In this document: piece by piece, positions 63,962 to 64,000 of the stretch
Position numbering within the stretch: position 1 is the stretch's first letter
Layout of the letters: each line of letters starts with the position of its first letter
Assembly: GCA_030390025.1 (NCBI GenBank)
Contig: CM059433.1
Location: forward strand, 29,824,001 to 29,888,000
Reading direction: 5' to 3'
Source: Squalus acanthias
Lineage: Eukaryota
Length of the DNA: 64,000 bases
Made by a program: the position numbers and the translations under genes
The notes under the pieces: model-generated
What the model was told of the DNA's origin: nothing
Seen by the model: the letters and a program-made list of their open reading frames with translations, nothing else
Database searches by the model: none

Positions 63962-64000
63962 AAAGAAATATACCACAACAGAGAAAGATACAGCAACACA

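Larger units (their letters stand above)
42865..64000 (+). repeat. AC-rich 15/18-bp satellite (CAACACAGAAATATA +/- CCA/CAA) with embedded MITEs and higher-order repeats; runs off the window
   Basis: More than 21 kb of tandem monomers. Confidence 0.98.

Noticed and set aside
42847..63999. NTEIY / QKYTT / CCIFL repeat ORFs as a repeat-protein gene
   Set aside because: 15/18-bp satellite open in many frames, interrupted by MITEs and frameshifts, with no unique domains or signal peptide
42865..64000. CRISPR-like repeat-spacer array
   Set aside because: No unique spacers and no cas genes; the interruptions are TIR/TSD-bounded transposons in a vertebrate context

Overview
Eukaryotic, repeat-dominated DNA, most likely from a cartilaginous fish (inferred from abundant SacSINE1-like Deu-SINEs, CR1 and L2 LINEs, and Penelope termini). 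No host protein-coding gene can be supported. The only convincing ORF is the RT C-terminal part of a young, 5'-truncated CR1 LINE (38467-39384); nearly all long ORFs in the track are artefacts of tandem repeats with unit lengths divisible by 3. Main structures: (1) a 2.9-kb 9-bp purine microsatellite grown from a SINE tail; (2) a ~10.3-kb 30-bp minisatellite that expanded inside a Harbinger-like non-autonomous element, itself nested in a hAT MITE; (3) several PIF/Harbinger-like MITE families with 3-bp TSDs, plus two decayed Harbinger derivatives carrying a Myb/SANT exon; (4) Penelope terminal repeats with minimal hammerhead ribozyme cores; (5) from ~42.9 kb to the window end, a 15/18-bp satellite whose distal part is organised in nested higher-order repeats (293, 808, 1206 and 4677/5883 bp) that co-amplify inserted MITEs. 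I see no new protein-based system. The novelty lies in transposon-satellite co-evolution and in the RNA and splice signals the elements carry. All family assignments come from motif recognition and not from a database search.
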